Source of the DNA: Octopus bimaculoides
Taxonomy: Eukaryota
Length of the DNA stretch: 64,000 nucleotides
NCBI RefSeq assembly: GCF_001194135.2
Contig: NC_068991.1
Location: 71,034,531 to 71,098,530, forward strand
Direction of reading: 5' to 3'
The translations under genes and the position numbers were made by a program. Shown here piece after piece: positions 38,496 to 51,322 of the stretch. Each line of letters begins with the position of its first letter. Positions within the stretch are counted from its first letter, which is position 1. Under the pieces are notes generated by a model, which saw only the letters and a program-made list of their open reading frames with translations, did not search any database and was not told the DNA's origin.

Positions 38496-39326
38496 ACTTC
38501 ATTACTGTCTTACCCAAACTCTCATTACTCCCAGTATCAGCAGCTCCATGCTTATTCAAGTCTAAGGTTTATTCTTTGGTGTGGCAATACAGGATTTTCC
38601 GTGTTGATCCTATATATATTTATATATATATATAATGTGTGTGTAAGTGCATGTTAGCTTCTAGTCTGTTTCATTTCAGCTACTACAATTTATTTTGTTT
38701 TTAATGTATTTTGGTGTGTGTGAGGAGAGGATGTGGGTGCATTCACCATCCCTGCTAAAACAACTCTACACAAAATCACACACGCATACATTTGCTGTGG
38801 ACACGTACACCATTTAGCTGATGATGTAAAAGGTCAACCTCCTTAATATATATACTTCACATCAGTTGTTTTTTTTCTTTTTCTCTTTCTTTCTTTCCCA
38901 CCCTAACATGGATGGATTGGACTTTGTTGTATGTGTGTGAGTGGGACAGAAGAAGAATCACTAACGGCAGTAGGCAGGTCGTTTGCTAGTTCTGGTTTAA
39001 ATTGAGAAAACCATGATATAACGTCTACTGGTCTGTTATTTAAACATCCAAGTCAGCTGTCAGATATTCCAGTTATGACCATCCTGTCTTGTGATACATT
39101 GTCCAATGTAGACTTTGTGTGTTTTAGACAGCAGTGTTCCTTGATGCAAATTTGCCCCCTATTTCCCAGTTTAGTGACTCCCACTTAGGCCCCCATGTTG
39201 GAGATGTAGGTGTAGCATGTAGCTGTTTTTTTGCCTGTGATTTGTGGTTTATTTAAATGATGTTTATACTAATACATTTTTAGGTCTGCATGAATACCAC
39301 AGCCCTGTCCCTTAACGGATATGAGA

Positions 39327-39536
39327 TTAACCCTTTCGTTAACATATTTATTTTGAGATGCTCTGTGTTTCTTTCAATTAATTTTAAATATAACAAAGAA
39401 TTTAGTAAAATAACTTAAGTTAGTGTTAGGAACATGAATTGTGACTAAGGTTTGGTGGAAGATTTTAATCCAAAACAAGACATTTGTACTACAGTGCCAG
39501 AGGTGATTTCAGGCAGGTTGGTATCAAAAGGGTTAA
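39327..39536. mobile_element. piggyBac-type MITE (family F), copy 1
   Basis: TTAA-CCCTTTCG...ATCAAAAGGG-TTAA. Confidence 0.85.
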
Positions 39537-39559
39537 GAATTGTTTCTCTATTATATATT

Positions 39560-39789
39560 TTAACCCTTTTGTTACCATATTTATTTTGAAATGCTCTGTG
39601 TTTCTTTCACTTAATTTTAAATATAACAAAGAATTTAGTAAAATAACTTAGCTATCATTCAGCTAGTGTTAGGAACATAAATTGTGACTAAGGTTTGGTG
39701 GAAGATTTTAATTCAAAATTTACGAAAACAAGACATTTGTACTATAGAGCCAGAGGCAGTTTCAGCTGGGTTGATATTAAAATGGTTAA
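39560..39789. mobile_element. piggyBac-type MITE (family F), copy 2, same orientation as copy 1
   Basis: TTAA-CCCTTTTGTTACCATATTTATTTTG...AAAATGG-TTAA; internal sequence closely similar to copy 1. Confidence 0.85.
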
Positions 39790-39891
39790 TGTGGGTGACC
39801 AATTTTCTTACACACACACACACTTAGAGAATGATTGCTCTGGTAGCAATGGGTTTCGAGCTACATGGCTGGAAGGACTGATTCTTTAACC

Positions 39892-40140
39892 CAGTGGCTC
39901 TCAACCATTTTTTTTACTTGTAGCCCCTTGTGATTCCTGCTCTTTTCAGGTGAGCCCTCCTGGCCATTTGAGTTTTTAAAAGTCCTAGTGTTATAATTAA
40001 ATATTATGAGGAATTGTATAAAATAAAATACATCATTTCAATATTTTGCATATTGTAGAAATATAAACAATTTACAATTAACTTCAGCAAAATTCTATAT
40101 TGACCCCAAGGTTCATATGGATCTCAGTTGAGAACCACTG
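39892..40140. mobile_element. hAT (Charlie-like) MITE
   Basis: TIRs CAGTGGCTCTCAAC / GTTGAGAACCACTG; CTTTAACC duplicated on both sides (right copy offset by one C). Confidence 0.85.
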
Positions 40141-40143
40141 CCT

Positions 40144-40290
40144 TTAACCCATTTGATACTAACCTGCCTGAGATTGGCCCTGATTCTATGGTACAAACTT
40201 CTGGTTTTAAAATGATCTAAATTAAAAGCTTCCATCAAAACTTCATGTTAACTTGTGACCCAAACAATTCTTTCGCTAAATTCTTCAGTT
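40144..40290. mobile_element. MITE family F, inverted and truncated by a SINE A insertion
   Basis: TTAA-CCCATTTGATACTAACCTGCCTGA is the reverse complement of the copy 1/2 right end. Confidence 0.7.
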
Positions 40291-40291
40291 A

Positions 40292-40492
40292 GGCATGGCT
40301 GTGTGGTAAGAAGCTTGCTTTCCAACCACATGGTTCCAGGTTCAGTCCCAATGCGTGTTACCTTGGGCAAGTGTTTCCTACTATAGCCTTGGGCCAACCA
40401 AAGCCTTATGAGTGGATTTGGTAGAGAGAAACTGAAAGAAGTCCATTGTGTGTGTGTGTATGTATGTATGTATGTATATATATATATATATA
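40292..40492 (+). mobile_element. SINE family A, 5' half running into a gap
   Basis: GGCATGGCTGTGTGGTAAGAAGCTTGC...GGTTCAGTCCC...CCTTGGGCAAGTG. Confidence 0.88.
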
Positions 40493-42101
40493 NNNNNNNN
40501 NNNNNNNNNNNNNNNNNNNNNNNNNNNNNNNNNNNNNNNNNNNNNNNNNNNNNNNNNNNNNNNNNNNNNNNNNNNNNNNNNNNNNNNNNNNNNNNNNNNN
40601 NNNNNNNNNNNNNNNNNNNNNNNNNNNNNNNNNNNNNNNNNNNNNNNNNNNNNNNNNNNNNNNNNNNNNNNNNNNNNNNNNNNNNNNNNNNNNNNNNNNN
40701 NNNNNNNNNNNNNNNNNNNNNNNNNNNNNNNNNNNNNNNNNNNNNNNNNNNNNNNNNNNNNNNNNNNNNNNNNNNNNNNNNNNNNNNNNNNNNNNNNNNN
40801 NNNNNNNNNNNNNNNNNNNNNNNNNNNNNNNNNNNNNNNNNNNNNNNNNNNNNNNNNNNNNNNNNNNNNNNNNNNNNNNNNNNNNNNNNNNNNNNNNNNN
40901 NNNNNNNNNNNNNNNNNNNNNNNNNNNNNNNNNNNNNNNNNNNNNNNNNNNNNNNNNNNNNNNNNNNNNNNNNNNNNNNNNNNNNNNNNNNNNNNNNNNN
41001 NNNNNNNNNNNNNNNNNNNNNNNNNNNNNNNNNNNNNNNNNNNNNNNNNNNNNNNNNNNNNNNNNNNNNNNNNNNNNNNNNNNNNNNNNNNNNNNNNNNN
41101 NNNNNNNNNNNNNNNNNNNNNNNNNNNNNNNNNNNNNNNNNNNNNNNNNNNNNNNNNNNNNNNNNNNNNNNNNNNNNNNNNNNNNNNNNNNNNNNNNNNN
41201 NNNNNNNNNNNNNNNNNNNNNNNNNNNNNNNNNNNNNNNNNNNNNNNNNNNNNNNNNNNNNNNNNNNNNNNNNNNNNNNNNNNNNNNNNNNNNNNNNNNN
41301 NNNNNNNNNNNNNNNNNNNNNNNNNNNNNNNNNNNNNNNNNNNNNNNNCTTGCATTTCCTCAATAATTTCAACTCGAAATGACAAAGTCTTCAACTTTTT
41401 TTTTGTTGTTGTTATTCGTCTAGAAGATAGGAATACTAGGGTGGGGGAGTAAGGTGCGAGGGAGGGGTTGAAATATGTGTTTCCCTCCACCCCCCATCAT
41501 CCACCACCAACACCTCCATCACCACCACCACCACTTGTCTATAGTTCTCTCACTCTTTACAAATATTGCCCGTGGGGTTAGGGGCTGATTCAGAAATTTG
41601 GTGTGAAGATTCTCTTTCTGAGAAGAAAAGAAGAAGAAAAAGAGTAAAAAAAGCTTAATGTATTTCTGTTTTGTTTTTTTTATCACCATTGATTGTCTCC
41701 TACCCCTTCTCCCCTTGTTCTCTTTTTGTCTATCTCTCTCTCTAATTCTATCTCTGTCTTCCTCTGGCTCTTCTATTTCATCATCTCCTCCTTTTCCTCC
41801 CTTACATCCAACTTCAAATAAATTTCCTCCCCCTCTCTCTCTCACTCTCTCTCTCTCTCTCTCTCTCTCTGCTGGCATCTGTTCCCTTCTTCCTTCTCTT
41901 CTCTTCCTCCTCCTTCACCTCCCTCACACTCACTGATTGAGTATATCTCTTAAGTGGCTTACAAGCTAATAATCTTAGAAAAATAGGAAGCAATTTGCTG
42001 TGTATTTGGAAACCATAGATCCTGTAATACACTTAGTTCCAGTGTGTGGACAATGGCCAGGAAACATGGGTCTACAGCCATTCCCTCTCTCTCTCTCTCT
42101 C

Positions 42102-42133
<32 letters not shown>

Positions 42134-42143
42134 NNNNNNNNNN

Positions 42144-42190
<47 letters not shown>

Positions 42191-42309
42191 TATCTATCTT
42201 TCTGCTTCCTTCAAGTTTCCCCTTCTTCCCCACCACTCCATATATCTAATTTCATCTAAATCTATATATTGTTTGTATTGTCTTCTCATTCTCTCGCCAT
42301 CCTCTTTAT

Positions 42310-42344
<35 letters not shown>

Positions 42345-43275
42345 CACACACTTATTTTCAGGCAGTATTATCCCCTTATATACAATGTCCCTCTTTGCCA
42401 CACACACACACACACACATGCTTCAATATCTACGATTGCTGTGTGTTTGCTTTAGGTACATTAGCTGTGTTAACAGCTACAAATCTGTTGTTAATATTAC
42501 GTTGCACAACTGGAAGAAAGTTGGAGGAGTGCTTAAGAACCTCAGTTTTAGGCAACGAACAAGATAAACCTTAATAGGAGAGAGTGGACACGAGAGATGT
42601 GGTGAGCAGAGCAGAGCGGCGCAGAACGTGGGGGGGGGNNNNNNNNNNNNNNNNNNNNNNNNNNNNNNNNNNNNNNNNNNNNNNNNNNNNNNNNNNNNNN
42701 NNGGGTTGAAGGGGACACGGGGGCAGGGGAGATGTTTTAACCACTAGCTACCGACTAAATAATTACCTCGTTTCAGAATGCTTTATGGTGGTTGTGTGAT
42801 GGTTGTTGTCATAGTTACCAACGTAATGACGGTGTTTGTTGCTGTTGTTGTTGTTGTTGTTGTTTAGCCATGGGTCATCTCTGATCAAGCAGATTTATGA
42901 TCAAAGGCAATCCAGGTTTTGAACACATTCACCTCCTGTTTATTTATTTTTTTTCTTTACTGTATTTTTCTGTTTTTTTTTTTTTTTTTTTTNNNNNNNN
43001 NNTTTTTTTTTTTGTTTTTTTCTCAAGTTAGTGTACTCTGCATTACATTGCTTCTTTTCTCTTAAAGATAGAAACAGTAATGGTTTGAGGTAGATTAGGC
43101 TGCTATTTCTAGGCTTTTATTAATGACTTCGGAACGTTATATTTCATTGCTGATATAGTTGTAACTGGTGATGAACAAATAAACGTATTTTGCTAAATTA
43201 TTTATTACTCTATCACCACTTTATCATCATCCTCATCATCATCAATATATTATTTCCATTTGTTGAATATCATTG

Positions 43276-43321
<46 letters not shown>

Positions 43322-43767
43322 TGACAATCGTAATAACAGTAGCTGTTAGAAAAATATCAGCCATACTTCCTCAAATCACACTTCGCCATTTTTAAAAGAA
43401 GAAAAGAAAAGAGAAAAGCACATTGTATAACGTAGTCTTGGTTATACAAACCAATGGAATAGGCATGGCTGGAACACCTATGATTATCATGTTTGCTTAA
43501 CCAGAGTTGACATAGGATTAAACAACAGCATCAACTGTTAAGAATCTGTCATTGTGTGTGTGTGTGTGTACCTCTGAGCGAGGTAGTGTGTCNNNNNNNN
43601 NNAACAACAGCATCAACTGTTAAGAATCTGTCATTGTGTGTGTGTGTGTGTACCTCTGAGCGAGGTAGTGTGTCAATAACCAGCTGGAGGAGATGTCTTC
43701 CTGGGGCTACAAGCTACAGTAGTACCGACCCTTAAGGGTTAGCCACATTTAGGTGGCAAATATACAC

Positions 43768-44035
43768 CATCATCATCATTCATCATTTAACGTTCGTTTT
43801 CCATGCTGGCATGGGTTGGACGGTTCAACTGGGGTCTGGGAAGCCAGGAGGCTGCACCAGGCTCCAGTCTGATCTGGCAGAGTTTCTACAGCTGGATGCC
43901 CTTCCTAATGCCAACCACTCCGAGAGTGTAGTGGGTGCTTTTTTATGTGCCACCGGCACAGGTGCCAGCCAGGCCAGTGCTGGCATCGGCCACATTCGGA
44001 TGGTGCTTTTTACATGCCACCAGCACGGGGATCAG
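43768..44035 (-). mobile_element. SINE family C
   Basis: (CAT)n...TTTAACGTTCGTTTTCCATGCTGGCATGGG...GATGCCCTTCCTAATGCCAACCACTCC. Confidence 0.88.
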
Positions 44036-44889
44036 GGCTACAATTTCAATAGGTCTCCTCAAGCGCAAGAGGTCTCTGTGATGAGGCTCCAATGAGGTCA
44101 CTGGTGTTCTGCATTGGCAAGATTTATATTATGTGGTAAACTCAATAAAAAGGGTGCAGTGAACTTGCTGTGAGGGGTGGAAAATCCAACATTTCAAACA
44201 CAACCTTTCTTCAAGGAAGAAGTTGAAAGGAGAGAAATTAATGATGTTGTACTATCAATAAATACTAATTACGATCTAGGAACGTGCTCTCAAATTTGCA
44301 CTTACTTCAGTTAGGTAATTGCTAATTAGCATGGAAAGGCATGACCACTACATGGTCAATCCCTTCTTGACTCCTAGGACTCATCGGGGCTGCTTACCCT
44401 GTTTCCATGGCCTTTAAGTAACCAAGATCACAACACATCCACTAAATAGGATGTCGTCGTGGAGTTACCCTTTTACAGCTGAATGAACTGCAACAACGTG
44501 AAATGAAGTGACTTGCTTAAGAACACAATGTACCGCCAGAAATCAAAGCCCTAATCTTGCAATTATGAGGTCACAGGTCACATGCCTTTGAGACCACTTC
44601 CATATAAATAAACAATACCCCTAATCTATTCCTTCGTTATTTCGGTAATCTAGAATTTATAATTACTCTGCTAAATATTCTTGTTTCTCTCTCTCTCTCT
44701 CTCTTCCCATGTACTGCCACCATTTCTTTAACAAAACTCCAGATTTAGTTTATTATATAAAAGACTATTAAAATAGTTTATTATAATCAGTAATTCTTAA
44801 TAGCAACAACTATTGATAGAATTTCTAAAAGATAACAAACCTTGGTCGAAAATATGCTCAACGAAGACTGGCTTTTATAGACTTTTAAT

Positions 44890-44967
<78 letters not shown>

Positions 44968-45729
44968 ATATATGTATGTATATATTATACATGCGTACAG
45001 AGTAGATGGCAATCTTAGATTTTTTCTGAACAGGCTTACTATTGTAGCCAAAAAAACAGTTTATATCTTTTTTTCCCTCGCCTCTCTCTCTCCCTCATTT
45101 TCCATTTACTGTCTTAAACAGTATGTGCAGCACAATGCTGGGGCCTCTACCACATTTCATGGTATTGAGTAATTCTGACTGGGATTTTTCAAGCTCAGAA
45201 TTTTTTTGTAGCTGAAGATATAATTCTCTTAGAGTGTATGCTTTAATATGGATTTAATTGTATATAGTTATTTGAAAGCTGAACCTGTAGAAGGGCTTTT
45301 TTCTTTTGGTTGCTTAACTTGCTTAGAGTTAGACCAAATCCCCTTCGAAGTTACACCATATCGTCTTATTGATCTTGTCTGGGGAAAGAAAAACACAATG
45401 ACAGGATGGTCACAGCTGGACTCTCTTTGATCAAAAGTCTGCTCAATCAAGACTGACCTGGATGAGAACAAACAAATCAACAGCCTAAGACAGTCTCAAA
45501 CATTTTCTTACAGAAATCTCAATATCAGGGCCAGATGTTCACCTTATAATTTCTGTTTGTCTGTTTAATTAGTCTTTTGCTCTCTAATTACCATATTTCT
45601 ATTGGAACACTTTATTTTTGGTTTCATTTAATTTCGAAAATATTCTAACCTGTATATAGTTGACCTTTATAAACAGGCCACTTTTCTACAAGAGTACAAG
45701 ACATATTGCATTAATATATAATGTCACAG

Positions 45730-45980
45730 AATGGTTTTCGCTGAGATGTTTATATATATAAAACAAATAATAAATGAGTATATGCATATATACGTACAGG
45801 TATGTGCATACCTACATCTACCTGTATATATAGGTGCATTTCTGGGTACAGGACATTGCAAACAAAACGTAGACAAAAAAAATAATAATAACCAGAGTAC
45901 AGAAAACACACAGGCCACATAGAGAACATTTTCCTTCATCAGCTGCCACCATTCTAACACAGGCGTTTCGAAGAGTTATA
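45730..45980 (-). mobile_element. Short Penelope-like non-coding repeat fragment
   Basis: Minus strand has TCGAAACG and CTGATGAAGG motifs characteristic of Penelope pseudo-LTR sequence; family assignment inferred. Confidence 0.35.
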
Positions 45981-46325
45981 TATATANNNNNNNNNNNNNN
46001 NNNNNNNNNNNNNNNNNNNNNNNNNNNNNNNNNNNNNNNNNNNNNNNNNNNNNNNNNNNNNNNNNNNNNNNNNNNNNNNNNNNNNNNNNNNNNNNNNNNN
46101 NNNNNNNNNNNNNNNNNNNNNNNNNNNNNNNNNNNNNNNNNNNNNNNNNNNNNNNNNNNNNNNNNNNNNNNNNNNNNNNNNNNNNNNNNNNNNNNNNNNN
46201 NNNNNNNNNNNNNNNNNNNNNNNNNNNNNNNNNNNNNNNNNNNNNNNNNNNNNNNNNNNNNNNNNNNNNNNNNNNNNNNNNNNNNNNNNNNNNNNNNNNN
46301 NNNNNNNNNNNNNNNNNNNNNNNNN

Positions 46326-46618
46326 TGTAAGCCTAGTACTTATTCTATCGGTCTCTTTTGCCGAACCGCTAAGTTACGGGGACATAAACACACCAGCATC
46401 AGTTGTCGAGCGAAGTTGGGGGGACAAACACAGACACACACATATATATACATATATATGACGGGCTTCTTTCAGTTTCCGTCTACCAAATCCACTCACA
46501 AGGCTTTGGTCAGACCGAGGCTATAGTAGAAGACACTTGCCCAAGGTGCCACGCAGTGGGACTGAACCCGGAACCATGTGGTTGGTAAGCAAGCTACTTA
46601 CCACACAGCCACTCCTGT
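46326..46618 (-). mobile_element. SINE family A, young copy truncated by a gap
   Basis: Nearly identical to 23050-23350. Confidence 0.92.
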
Positions 46619-47093
46619 ACTTATACACACACACACACACTATTCCTTGCCTTGTTCTTATTAATCATTTGGCTGCATAATAAAATTATTTTTCAAGATG
46701 CCTTGTACAGATTTCCTCAAGACTCTGATTATATTTTTTAAGAATGTATTTAGAAAACCAATGGTTTAATACCTGTGTTTGCATTCAACCCTTTTCACAC
46801 AAACCTTCTTGAAGCCTACTTTTGGTGCCGTGTTAAAAAAATTTCCTAAATTATAAACCTTCTATGAAAATTTCATGTTAATTTTTATTCCAAACACCAG
46901 CTTAATAATGGCAAAATTGTTTTAATAAATTCTTCATAATTTTCAAAATTAAAACAAAGCAATATAATTTAACATTTAGTCGCAAACGAGTAAATATATA
47001 TTTAATATAATTTCTCGTTAGTTGTTGTAGTGAAAAATAAATTTAACACCTTTACACAGAATAAAGTTCTGTTCACCTGGAATATTAAATTAA

Positions 47094-47320
47094 TTAACCT
47101 TTTAGCATCCAGACTTCTTTGTCGAATATAATGCTAACTTATTCATTGTTTTGAATTAATCATGCGCTGCCTTGTAGCTTTGAGATTTCAATGATGTGAT
47201 TGTCCTATGTTTAAAATGACATTGTAGGGTAGGTGCAAGAAGTTGGATCAGGTCAGCTTTAACATATAACAGATTAAATATTTGGGCTGGATATGAGCAG
47301 ATTAAATGCTAAAAGGTTAA
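47094..47320. mobile_element. piggyBac-type MITE (family E)
   Basis: TTAA-CCTTTTAGCAT...ATGCTAAAAGG-TTAA. Confidence 0.85.
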
Positions 47321-47322
47321 AC

Positions 47323-47682
47323 TAGAGGTTTTCAATCAGGGTTCATGTGGCCCCTGAGGGTACATATAAGATTTTGGGGGCAGTGGGAGGTCCAAGCAAT
47401 AAAATAGTAAATTGGGGATTCGCAATAGTATTTAAGGGCCCCTGAAAAATCTTTGCTTTAGTTGTATGTATTGGTATGTATTACAAGCAACAGCTGGGTT
47501 TCTTTCTCTAATGTTTTACAGAGTTCACCCTACATGGGTTAATATGGGGAAAACAAAATAGGGATTTTGAAAGAAGTATCTGTTAAACTAGTTTTTTTAA
47601 CCATCGAAGAGCTATAGGGGTCCACCAGAATGAAATAATAATCAAAGGGGTCCTTAGATAAAAAAATGTTTGAGAACCACTA
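47323..47682. mobile_element. hAT-type MITE with 8-bp target-site duplication
   Basis: TIRs TAGAGGTTTTCAA / TTGAGAACCACTA; flanks GGTTAAAC (47315-47322) and GGTTACAC (47683-47690), 7/8 identical. Confidence 0.85.
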
Positions 47683-48167
47683 GGTTACACTATGTCATTC
47701 ACGAGATGTGGAGATATTCAGATAGCAGTTACTGTATTTTAACCACAGGTTAACTCAGAACAGGCCTACAAATGAAAGCATTCTAACTCTGACCGCCTGC
47801 TCCTCTCCTTTTTTTTTTATGCGTAAATTATCGCTACATAGCTCACTGAGCTCCTCCTTTTCTGATATCACATTTTTGGCTGCTATCTCTAGCTTGTTGA
47901 ATGACCGCATAGAATGGCGCTGCATTGAGATGATGTTCAGAATAGATTTTTTGTGTTTGTGTTGGTCATTAACAATGCATTCGATCTATGGTTTATGTTT
48001 AATAGACAGCCTCCCCATGCAAAGATGACTGACTCATCAATATGATAGGGTGATGTACATGGTATTGTCGTTAATCCTTTTTAAATAAACTTTTGCATCA
48101 TGCACGCCAAAACATGCACACACATGCTTTCATATATACACACACGATGATGATGTAAATGCATATA

Positions 48168-48198
<31 letters not shown>

Positions 48199-49025
48199 CA
48201 TACATACACACACACACACTTATGTAAATGCATAATATATATATATATNNNNNNNNNNNNNNNNNNNNNNNNNNNNNNNNNNNNNNNNNNNNNNNNNNNN
48301 NNNNNNNNNNNNNNNNNNNNNNNNNNNNNNNNNNNNNNNNNNNNNNNNNNNNNNNNNNNNNNNNNNNNNNNNNNNNNNNNNNNNNNNNNNNNNNNNNNNN
48401 NNNNNNNNNNNNNNNNNNNNNNNNNNNNNNNNNNNNNNNNNNNNNNNNNNNNNTGGTTTTCTATTTTTCTCTTTATCCATAGCAGAAGCTAAATCCCGAT
48501 AAAATGTATTTAAAACACAGGAAATAATACTGGAAAATAAATATGTAATAAACAAAAACGAATTTTGTTTGATGTCAAGTTTAGCAAAATGTAGACGACA
48601 AATAGTTAGGTAACATTCTTACATCACACACAAACACGTGCACACACATGTGCGCACATGCACACATACTACACATATGTATCTGTGTAGTATTAGTTTC
48701 TACATGTTGGACGGCATTACCCGTCTCTCTCAAGTCTACCTTTTTAGTTTTTTCCTCGCTTTTATTTTTTGCTTTTTTTTTATGATGTAAAAAATTTAGA
48801 ATTTTTTTTTTTTTTTTTTCTTAAGTTGGGTCAAAGTGAAATTTGAACCATTTGTTAGGTTTTGACGTGAAAGCACTCGAAACAGGAATTGATAACGGAT
48901 TGTCTTTTTGTAAAGTGGCCACACATTTATATATGTGTAGGTGTGAATGTATGTATGTGTGTGTATGTTTATTTATCTACAAGGATACCTGTATGAAAAT
49001 GAGGTATAGATATAGTACTTTTAAC

Positions 49026-49070
<45 letters not shown>

Positions 49071-49159
49071 NNNNNNNNNNCACACACACACACACACACA
49101 CACACACATGCACACTCAAAGGCAGAGTAATATGCTTTTTTTATTAAAATTGCAAATAC

Positions 49160-49216
49160 ATCACAAAAATACTGCTACTCAGAGTTTCACATTCCTGTTC
49201 GTCAGGAAGTTGTGAT
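49160..49216 (-). ncRNA. Type I hammerhead ribozyme candidate (minimal, Penelope/retrozyme style)
   Basis: Minus strand: AUCACA-ACUUC-CUGACGA-ACA(GGAA)UGU-GAAA-CUC(U)GAG-UA-GCAGU-AUUUU-UGUGAU. Both core motifs are intact, helices I-III pair, and the cleavage triplet is GUA. Confidence 0.75.
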
Positions 49217-49342
49217 CAAAATAAATAAATTACAGGTAAAATGATGCCAAATGCCTTAAGGTGATAGGTATCTACAACAAGTGCTCGGGTAAAATTTGTG
49301 CTTAAGGCTGCCTAAAATAAGATTGGCTACAAGTGATGTCCC

Positions 49343-49650
49343 CAATCAAGCTCGCGAAATTAACGTGCAAGTGGCTGAGCACTCCACAGACATGTGTACC
49401 CTTAACGTAGTTCTCGGGGAGATTCAGCGCGACACAGAGTGTGGCAAAGCTGGCCCTTTGAAATGCAGACAACAGAAACAGGAAGAAAGAGTGAGAGAAA
49501 GTTGTGGTGAAAGAGTACAGCAGGGTTCGCCACCACCCACTGTCGGAGCCTCTTTGAGCTCTGTGTTATTACTCAAACACTCACAACGCCCAACCTGGGA
49601 ATCGAAACCACAAGTCCACTGCCCTAACCGCTGGGCCATTGCACCTCCAC
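49343..49650 (-). mobile_element. tRNA-derived SINE family I
   Basis: Minus strand begins GTGGAGGTGCAATGGCCCAGCGGTTAGGGCAGTGG...GGTTTCGATTCCCAGG (A and B boxes) followed by a ~250-bp body. Confidence 0.7.
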
Positions 49651-49990
49651 ACTGATACACTAAACATGTATTGAACTAAAGACTCAAACACCCTTCATAG
49701 AACGAGAATAATATTTGTTAATATCAATAAGGCTTGCTTCAAAGCTTCACTGTTAAAACTAGCTTCTCCAATGTATTTCACATATTTACCTTTGAGGGAG
49801 AATTGAGTTCTTCATTTTCTTTTCCTCTGCACCTAAATTATACAAATTCTAATATATGAGTTTGTACACACCTATATACTCAGACTCAAATTTTATTTTA
49901 ACATCTCTATAATTTTTCTGGGCTTTTTTTTTTTTTCATGTATGGTTTTATATAATATACTGTAATTTCTTTTTAATTAGGTGTATGAAG

Positions 49991-50027
<37 letters not shown>

Positions 50028-50192
50028 TACACATTCAGTATTTACATGAATGTTTACTGTTAATATTGTTTCTGAAACTATTATTTGTACAATAATACTA
50101 TAGCCATTCATGCAAAATATTTAAATTAATATGTCCATAAGTTTTATAATGAGTGTCATGTTGAATAGGGGTTTTAAATATATATACATATC

Positions 50193-50249
<57 letters not shown>

Positions 50250-50597
50250 ACACATAAATACATACATATGTCTTTGTATGTATGTATGTGTACATATAAA
50301 TACATATACACTTGCAAATGTATATATGTAGATAAGCACATGTATATATATATATATATATGTAAATTTGTGTGTATATATGTATATATATATATATATA
50401 TATGTGTTGGTGTGTGTATACTCACACATGTATAATTGTACACATGTATATGTATAAAGTGTTGTGTTGGGTTTTTTTTTGCTTCTTTATTGTTGTTTAT
50501 TTTTATGTATTTTTTTTTCTTTTCTTTTTGCATTGGTGATATATAGCAAAATTAGTGAATAATTTCAGTAGAAATATCGATTTTTGAAACAAAACAC

Positions 50598-50628
<31 letters not shown>

Positions 50629-51094
50629 GTAGTTGTGTAACAGTGTTTCTCAATAGCTAGGCTGTAATTTAGAAAAGATCTATCGAAAACATTCAATTCA
50701 AACCTTGTTTGACTAAATAAAAACAAGAAAATAATTAAATATCGCCACCAAACAAACAGATAAACTGACATGTATTCTCTCAATGTCATCTGTTGGTATT
50801 AATTGTGATTGCACAATCTTTCATGCAGTGACTTAAACTATGGAACACGAATGGTTCTTCCAAGCATCAGGCAAAATGCCTTTTACAGCGTTCATTGTAG
50901 TTCTTTGTGTTTTGAGTTCAAATCCAGTTAGTCAAGTTAGCTTTACATCCTTCTGGAAGTGGATCATACAAAGTATCCTTGAAGTACTGTATCAGCCAAC
51001 TGCCTCCCCAAAATTTTGGACCGTGTCCTTAAATTTAACTTTTTAAATTATCAACCTGTGACCACGCTTGGTCCTGAGACACAAAATTCCTATT

Positions 51095-51322
51095 TTTACC
51101 CTTTAGTGTTCAGATTACTCTGTTAAATGTAATACTTTTTCACTCAAATTGTTTTGAATTAATCATGCATTATCTTATAGCTTTGAGGTTTCAATGACGT
51201 GATTGTTTATTTTTAGAATGTCAATGTAGGTTAGGTGTGAGAGGCTGGATATCGCCAGTTTGAATATAAAACATGTAAAATATCTGGGCCAGATATGGCC
51301 GGTTTAAACACTAAAGGGTTAA
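51095..51322. mobile_element. piggyBac-type MITE (family E)
   Basis: TTTA-CCCTTTAG...CTAAAGGG-TTAA; homologous to 47094-47320. Confidence 0.85.

Noticed and set aside
38510-38560. Minus-strand MELLILGVMRVW|GTAAGA or LNKHGAADTGSNESLG exon candidate
   Set aside because: Good donor but no credible acceptor or upstream context; insufficient support.
43520-43676. Exact ~70-bp direct repeat either side of a 10-N gap
   Set aside because: Typical unmerged contig overlap (assembly artefact).
45925-45975. Minus-strand GAAAC...CTGATGA in permuted (type II hammerhead) order
   Set aside because: Helix III can form, but helix I and helix II cannot be paired without using core bases.
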